Assembly: GCA_965364435.1 (NCBI GenBank)
Contig: CBDTXL010000018.1
Coordinates: 1-32,014 of the forward strand
Length of the DNA stretch: 32,014 nt
From: an uncultured bacterium
GTDB taxonomy: Bacteria > Cyanobacteriota > Cyanobacteriia > Cyanobacteriales > Coleofasciculaceae
Reading direction: 5' to 3'
This document shows, in pieces, positions 27,040 to 32,014 of the stretch; the first letter of the stretch is position 1; each line of letters begins with the position of its first letter. A program made the translations under genes and the position numbers. The notes below the pieces were generated by a model, which saw only the letters and a program-made list of their open reading frames with translations, was not told the DNA's origin and ran no database searches.

Positions 27040-27779
27040 AAGTTCTCAAACTCATCTCGCCGGAACGAGCTGACGACTACACTGATTGGATATTAGTCGG
27101 CATGGCGCTCAAATCAGTGAGCGAGGAGCTGCTACCTGCCTGGGACAAGTGGAGTCAGCAATCAGCCAAATACAAACCAGGGGAGTGCGACTATAAGTGG
27201 CGATCGTTCCGAGAAAAAGGCGTCACGCTTGGCACTCTCTATTATTTTGCCCGCCTCGATCTGGCTAGAGCTACAGGACAACGGGACAATAAATTTCTCC
27301 CTTCAAGTCATAATTTCAGTGAGTTCGAGAGTATTGACAGTGCTAACGCACCAAAACATTTGAACTTAATCGGATACAAAAATATGGCTACTACAACACG
27401 CGAGCGCAAATCTACCAAAACTATCGAAGCTATCGACACTGAAGCCCTAGCCGAGTACAGCACAGACAATTACCATGAGAAGCTCTATGGAACTGTGTAC
27501 TACACCATCCGCGAACTGCAAGGCTTGTCGGCAAAGCGTTCTCTTGGTGACTCCTTCTCCTGGGATGAACTTAAAGTGCGCTTTGAAACAGTCTTCGGCA
27601 AAGTCGAGGAGCGCCGCTACTCCCTTGAGCAACTCTTAGAATACGCTAATCGCAAGTTCGGCAAGTCTTTAGAGCAGTTGCTTGAGATTAACGATAAATC
27701 CTGGGAGCGCCGCCGCGAATGGAAAGCGAAAGCCGCTCATCAGAGTATGAACGACATAGCGGATTTGCCTGAGTTCTAA
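26958..27779 (+). pseudogene. PriCT-2 (primase C-terminal) domain plus a C-terminal region, in the -1 frame relative to the Prim-Pol ORF
   Basis: ERADDYTDWILVGMALKSVSEELLPAWDKWSQQSAKYKPGECDYKWRSF matches the PriCT_2 consensus (DY..W..VG.AL......F.LWD.WS..S.KY....C..KW.SF). The frame is open from 26958. The first ATG (27102) lies inside the motif. Confidence 0.6.
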
Positions 27780-27808
27780 CACTTTGGTGCTGCTTGAAAC
27801 TAGGCATC

Positions 27809-27843
27809 CCTCCTTACTTCACCAGTAAGGGGGTCTTTTTTTT
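27809..27843 (+). terminator. Rho-independent terminator after the primase region
   Basis: ~9-bp stem (27809-27817 pairing with 27825-27833) with a 7-nt loop, followed by TC and T8. Confidence 0.6.
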
Positions 27844-27999
27844 CTCTAAAGACCAAGAAGCCGAACAGTCGGAAATAGCAGTAAGACGTTCCCGCTCACT
27901 TCAAATTCGCTAGCGCTTTCACGAGTAGTGAACAAAATAGCCCCTCAAAGAATAGCTGTCTTTGGGGGGCTTTTCCATCACTTAGTAGTAAATATCTTC

Positions 28000-28503
28000 A
28001 TGTGTAATAGTAGCGAATTTGCGTTCAATCGTCTACTGCGTCATGCCAAAATTAACACTGTGCAATTCGACTCAATCGCCCTTATCAAGATTGCTCAGCA
28101 ATCGAGGTTAGGTCGAAAACGAATTGAGCTGGCTCGTCCTTACCTGACAGCTGAATATGGGCATAGCGTGAGACAGCCCAACGGTCAGTACCAAACCTTA
28201 CTCCATTGGGAAGATGTTCCTGCAAGTGTTGTTTTAGATTACATCTATGGAATTGATTTCGTAATCAATTTCAGGGGATGGTGCTTGGGCATTGATGTAA
28301 CGGCAAACCCTGATGTTACTTACGACAAACAGGGCAAGCTTGCGGGTTTAAAAGAAATGTGGTCGAGAATTGGTATTGACCATACAGCTGTATTCCTAGT
28401 CAGCATTCCCAGTAGCCGCCCAGCCCTTATGGAAAAAACAGTACTCATGCAACAGCTCAAACAGGTGCTTAAAGGAAAGCAAGTGCTTGAGCTAGCACTG
28501 TAG
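28000..28503 (+). CDS. Hypothetical protein (ORF track start 27928; the Met at 28000 is an alternative)
   Basis: Open frame. No recognisable motif. Confidence 0.35.
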   Translation: MCNSSEFAFNRLLRHAKINTVQFDSIALIKIAQQSRLGRKRIELARPYLTAEYGHSVRQPNGQYQTLLHWEDVPASVVLDYIYGIDFVINFRGWCLGIDVTANPDVTYDKQGKLAGLKEMWSRIGIDHTAVFLVSIPSSRPALMEKTVLMQQLKQVLKGKQVLELAL

Positions 28504-28735
28504 TCTGATGTACTCATACCAAGTTGCATTCTTTCCGTATAACTCTCTCTTTCTCTTACCTCTGCGTCCTCTGTGACTCTGTGGTTCGTTAAATTCTACT
28601 AAGAGCAGCAACTCAGTATCAGATTGATTAACTCTGTCTAGCGACTTAAGCCAAGGCTTAAGTTATTTTTTTTCTTTCCTAAATTTAGCTAGCGCTTACA
28701 CAAAATAGAGTTTTTTTGAGTTAAAGACAAATAAC

Positions 28736-29224
28736 ATGGATATTCTAAAGTATAGAGATGGCTTAGTCGGTCAACCCGGTCTCGTTTACTGCGGGAGACC
28801 CAAAAGAAAAACCTGGTCTTGTGGTCAACTCTTGATTGGTCTAGGAAACCCGTTCAGCTGGAAGCAGACCAAGCTAGCGAAATTCAAAGTACGAAACCTG
28901 GAAGAGTCCCTCTCAGGCTACCGACATTGGTTATTCAAACTGCTATCTGCTTACAAAGAACAATGTTTAGATAGATTGGCTCCTTGGGAGTGTGACTATC
29001 TAGAAAAAATGCTAGAACTGGCACGGGCAATCAAGAGAGGCGAAGTTTATGGTTTGGTCTGTTGGTGTATTAATGTTAAGAATTACGTACCGCTTAAAAC
29101 CGAAAAGAAGCACTGCCATGCTCAATTTTTGTATGCTGCTTGTTTGTGGCTGGTTGAAGAAGGCTTGGTCAGCGACGAAGATTTAAAAAACTCAACGGCA
29201 CGGGATTTAGCTAATCTTTGGTGA
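28736..29224 (+). CDS. DUF4326-family protein (phage/plasmid-associated)
   Basis: VYCGRP....W..G..LIGLGNPFSW and GLVCWC........HCHAQFL fit the YxGR...WGNPF and L.CWC...CH signature of DUF4326. Confidence 0.55.
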   Translation: MDILKYRDGLVGQPGLVYCGRPKRKTWSCGQLLIGLGNPFSWKQTKLAKFKVRNLEESLSGYRHWLFKLLSAYKEQCLDRLAPWECDYLEKMLELARAIKRGEVYGLVCWCINVKNYVPLKTEKKHCHAQFLYAACLWLVEEGLVSDEDLKNSTARDLANLW

Positions 29225-29245
29225 AGGTATTAATTGATTTTAAGG

Positions 29246-29279
29246 CAACCCCTTGGAATATTTCAAGGGGTTGTTTTTT
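29246..29279 (+). terminator. Rho-independent terminator
   Basis: Stem CAACCCCTTG/CAAGGGGTTG (29246-29255 with 29264-29273), an 8-nt loop, then TTTTTT. Confidence 0.75.
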
Positions 29280-29370
29280 ACATTTCTCTTTCTCCTGTCT
29301 GCCAGAAACCTCCAAGAATTATGCACCCGCGCTAGCGCATATTTTGCTGAGATTTTAGATAATTTTAGCT

Positions 29371-29589
29371 ATGAGTCAACTTGAACAGCTTTCGCCTGGA
29401 CAAGAACAAAACCTCAATTCCTGGTATGACATCCAAAACCAGGAAGGGATTGAGGTGCTTGAAACAATCTGTGAAAACCCTGACGATAACTCACAAGAAG
29501 TCGCAGCACTGCTCGAAGCCGAAGAGCGTTGGGAAGCTGAGCGGGATTACTACCACCACCAGCACTACGAGATTGAACGCTTTTTCTAA
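29371..29589 (+). CDS. Small, highly acidic hypothetical protein (72 aa)
   Basis: Asp/Glu-rich. It follows a terminator and an AT-rich leader, in phage-like context. Confidence 0.35.
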   Translation: MSQLEQLSPGQEQNLNSWYDIQNQEGIEVLETICENPDDNSQEVAALLEAEERWEAERDYYHHQHYEIERFF

Positions 29590-29618
29590 CCGTAACAGTC
29601 ATGCTTTACCACTAATCC

Positions 29619-30191
29619 ATGCTCCCAAAAGAAACCCAAATTACTGACCTAACCTTACGCCAGCTTTCCGTCATTGCCGCCCAAATCTGGCATGAATTGG
29701 AGGCTACCGAGGATGAAGAACAGGTTGCCGCACTGGTGCAATCGGTCATGCAGATTCAGGATGCCACAGAGGAGAAGGTAGATGCCCTCAACTATGTCGC
29801 TCATATGATGCAGACTGACATTGATGCTTGGGCTTTTCGGCTCAAGGAAATACAAGCACTGTATTCCGGCATTGTCGAACAGAAAAAGAAGCGGCTCGAC
29901 TATCTCAAAGCTGGATTACTCCGACTGCACACACAAGGACTCATCCCAGACAAGATGTTTGGACATGACCGGGCGATTGAAATCCGAGACAATCCACCCA
30001 AGCTGCAATTGCTATTAGACCCGGCAGAGTCAGAATTTCCCGAACAGTTCCGGGAACAAACTGTTGTGACGAAAGCTAAGGCAGACGAAATTCTTGCTGC
30101 CCATAAAGCCGGAACGGATGTGAGCGCCTTTGCTTGTGTCACTCAGGGCAAACATGTCCGGTTCAAGAACAAACCACTTCGGGCGAAATAA
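29619..30191 (+). CDS. Sipho_Gp157-like phage protein
   Basis: Long helical/coiled-coil N-terminal half, then IEIRDNPPKLQLLLDPAESEFPEQF. This resembles the conserved ..I.IR.NP.S..I.D...IP.EF C-terminal block of the siphovirus Gp157 family. Confidence 0.5.
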   Translation: MLPKETQITDLTLRQLSVIAAQIWHELEATEDEEQVAALVQSVMQIQDATEEKVDALNYVAHMMQTDIDAWAFRLKEIQALYSGIVEQKKKRLDYLKAGLLRLHTQGLIPDKMFGHDRAIEIRDNPPKLQLLLDPAESEFPEQFREQTVVTKAKADEILAAHKAGTDVSAFACVTQGKHVRFKNKPLRAK

Positions 30192-30300
30192 GACTCGTCT
30201 GGCGCTATCTTACCACTCCCGCCTAGAATCAATCAGGGCGGGAGATGAATGTGCGTTGGGGCTAGCGCCCAGTGTTTACTTGCACATTCATTCAAAAAGT

Positions 30301-30612
30301 ATGCAAATCGCTTACCACACAACTATCACGCCCGACTCCCAAACCTGGATGACGACCCAGCAACGCAATAGCCGTGTCTGCCTCTACATCTCGCAAGGGT
30401 CCCAGAGCTTCAGCCTCGATTTCCAAACCCGGCACTTACCTGTCCTCGAAGAGTTGGTAAAACAGCTCAGACAAGTGAGACAGCAGGAGGTCATCCAGTT
30501 GCGCGAACAGTTGGATGCACACCACAGTCAACTGGAAATTCCCAGTGAACTTGATGCTCCCAGCTCACAGAGCAACAACAACTTAATGCCAACTTACGCC
30601 AGCGAGTTCTGA
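30301..30612 (+). CDS. Hypothetical protein (ORF-track start 30130 overlaps the previous gene; the Met at 30301 is more likely)
   Basis: Open frame only. Confidence 0.25.
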   Translation: MQIAYHTTITPDSQTWMTTQQRNSRVCLYISQGSQSFSLDFQTRHLPVLEELVKQLRQVRQQEVIQLREQLDAHHSQLEIPSELDAPSSQSNNNLMPTYASEF

Positions 30613-30653
30613 CCTCTCACTTCTGTGTTACATACCTTTACACGTAAATAAAT

Positions 30654-31751
30654 ATGCCTCAAATCATTGAGTTCAATGCTAGTTCCTTCGCTTCACTGGT
30701 GCTGCTCGAACTAAGTGAGACTTGGAACGATATCGGGCTTTCTGAGCTGCCTCCACAGGAATCAGAACCTCTGCTATTATTCCTTGAACAGATTGAAGCC
30801 TTCAATCAACCCGAATTCGATGCCCAGCGGCTGATTCTGGTCAAGGCAGCCGGGGGAGTCCTGCAAGCTGTCTATGGACCTGCGATTTTCCGTGACGGCG
30901 ACCAAATCGTTTTAAAACTGGGGGTAAACCTGCTCCCTGTTAACCAATCTGGAGACATCTTTTCTATTGGATTGCTCCGGGGAAAAGTATCGATTACGGA
31001 GGAGAAAGACCTGGCAGGAAACCCCTATCCGAAAGCGACAATTTCCCTAGTTGCCAAGAGCCGCGATATCTTCAAGTTGAGTGTCCAACTCGCCAGCAAG
31101 GAACTGAACTTCAGTGCTGCCGAAGTTGAAGCTGCGCTGATTAACGAAGAATCTCTTCTTCCCTTCCTGCGGCAAGTCCCAGGCACAAATGCGCTCAAGA
31201 TGCAGGAACTCGGTCTTGGGGAATTTGCCGTAAAGGGCATTACCAAGTCCGAAGGAGGTGACCACGGCACTTCATATAAGCTGCAATTAGTAGATGGCAG
31301 AGTTGTCTGGACACGCGGAAATGTAACGACCCTCCTGGAATCGGGTTGGCAACCCCAACCGGATAAGCCTCTTACCCTGGTCGTCACTCGCATTGAAGAA
31401 CTGGGGGAGGACAGGTTCAGTGTAGATTGTGCGCTGCGGGAACGCTTGCCAATCCTGCCGACTGCTGCTCCCCTTCAGACCAATGGACACAAGATTAAAC
31501 AAGGAGAAGGCAAAACTATTGAAGTGACAGCATCAAAAGTGAGTTCCGAGCCGACGATTGCACAGGAAAGAACCCTACTAACTGTTGTATCTTCAAAAGC
31601 TGAGACTTTTACTGGCTCTGAATTAGACGATATACCCTTTGTACAATCCGTTAGCCTGAGAACCCGTGAGAATAATCTCCAAGACCCTTGGGAAATGGAG
31701 ACAAATCAACCTGGTATTTGGCTGTATGGAACAAGAGGTTTATATCTCTAA
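30654..31751 (+). CDS. Hypothetical protein (365 aa)
   Basis: Long open frame on the same strand as the phage-like genes. No recognisable motif. Confidence 0.45.
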   Translation: MPQIIEFNASSFASLVLLELSETWNDIGLSELPPQESEPLLLFLEQIEAFNQPEFDAQRLILVKAAGGVLQAVYGPAIFRDGDQIVLKLGVNLLPVNQSGDIFSIGLLRGKVSITEEKDLAGNPYPKATISLVAKSRDIFKLSVQLASKELNFSAAEVEAALINEESLLPFLRQVPGTNALKMQELGLGEFAVKGITKSEGGDHGTSYKLQLVDGRVVWTRGNVTTLLESGWQPQPDKPLTLVVTRIEELGEDRFSVDCALRERLPILPTAAPLQTNGHKIKQGEGKTIEVTASKVSSEPTIAQERTLLTVVSSKAETFTGSELDDIPFVQSVSLRTRENNLQDPWEMETNQPGIWLYGTRGLYL

Positions 31752-32014
31752 AAGTACATACAACACCTCAACACAAAACGAAAGCTTGGAATGCAGCTTT
31801 TCTTGCTTTACTAGAAACTTACCCAAAGATAGAAGATAACCCACAGGCTTTTGTGCTTGTGGGTTGTTTTCTTCCATCGGACGGAATAAATTGCGAAATT
31901 TTGCGGCTAATTTATAGGGGATTTTTGATAAATCCTCCCAAAAATGAAGGATTTCCGCACTAAGCTGTTCAGCATTTAAATGGGGTATTATGAAAGATTG
32001 AATTAAGGCAAGTA

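Noticed and set aside
31688-31963. 91-aa ORF overlapping the end of 30654..31751
   Set aside because: Largely overlaps the longer CDS in another frame. No motif. Low coding likelihood.
1-32014. tRNA, tmRNA and rRNA genes
   Set aside because: No T-loop (GGTTCGAATCC-like) plus acceptor-stem arrangement was found in any intergenic region. No rRNA-like conserved blocks.

Overview
This window looks like a cyanobacterial accessory region. Several HIP1 octamers (GCGATCGC) are present (for example in the 14136..17681 STAND gene), and there is a CCTACAC heptamer array of the STRR type. The content is a mosaic. (1) 1-11.4 kb holds a + strand block of overlapping or tightly spaced genes: a UBC-like E2, a JAB/JAMM peptidase and a ThiF-like E1, plus a small acidic partner. 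These are followed by a RecD/Pif1-like helicase, a DUF1257 (Ycf35-like) - DUF2997 - Ycf46-like AAA+ ATPase trio, a standalone WGR-domain protein, a degenerate PP-loop protein and two tandem short SSB genes. The block is bracketed by an imperfect ~30-bp direct repeat (37..64 and 11645..11675). (2) A Uma2 (PD-(D/E)xK) nuclease gene and a truncated DDE transposase remnant with IS-end-like repeats. (3) On the minus strand, an HTH-NB-ARC-pentapeptide-WD40(x14) STAND NTPase is apparently co-transcribed with a KamA-family radical SAM aminomutase. (4) Divergent from it is a signalling operon: Ser/Thr kinase-GUN4, an SPFH/flotillin-like membrane protein with a zinc ribbon, and an FHA-Ser/Thr kinase. 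Its promoter region carries a perfect 18-bp-arm palindrome. (5) An IS607-family element (serine recombinase TnpA plus a TnpB that lacks the usual zinc finger) is inserted between an HsdR_N-like nuclease gene and a Prim-Pol/PriCT-2 primase. The primase is split by a -1 frameshift that coincides with an A7 run. (6) A phage/plasmid-like tail: DUF4326, a small acidic protein, a Sipho_Gp157-like protein and hypotheticals. No rRNA, tRNA or CRISPR array was recognised. All domain calls rest on motif recognition by eye, without database searches.
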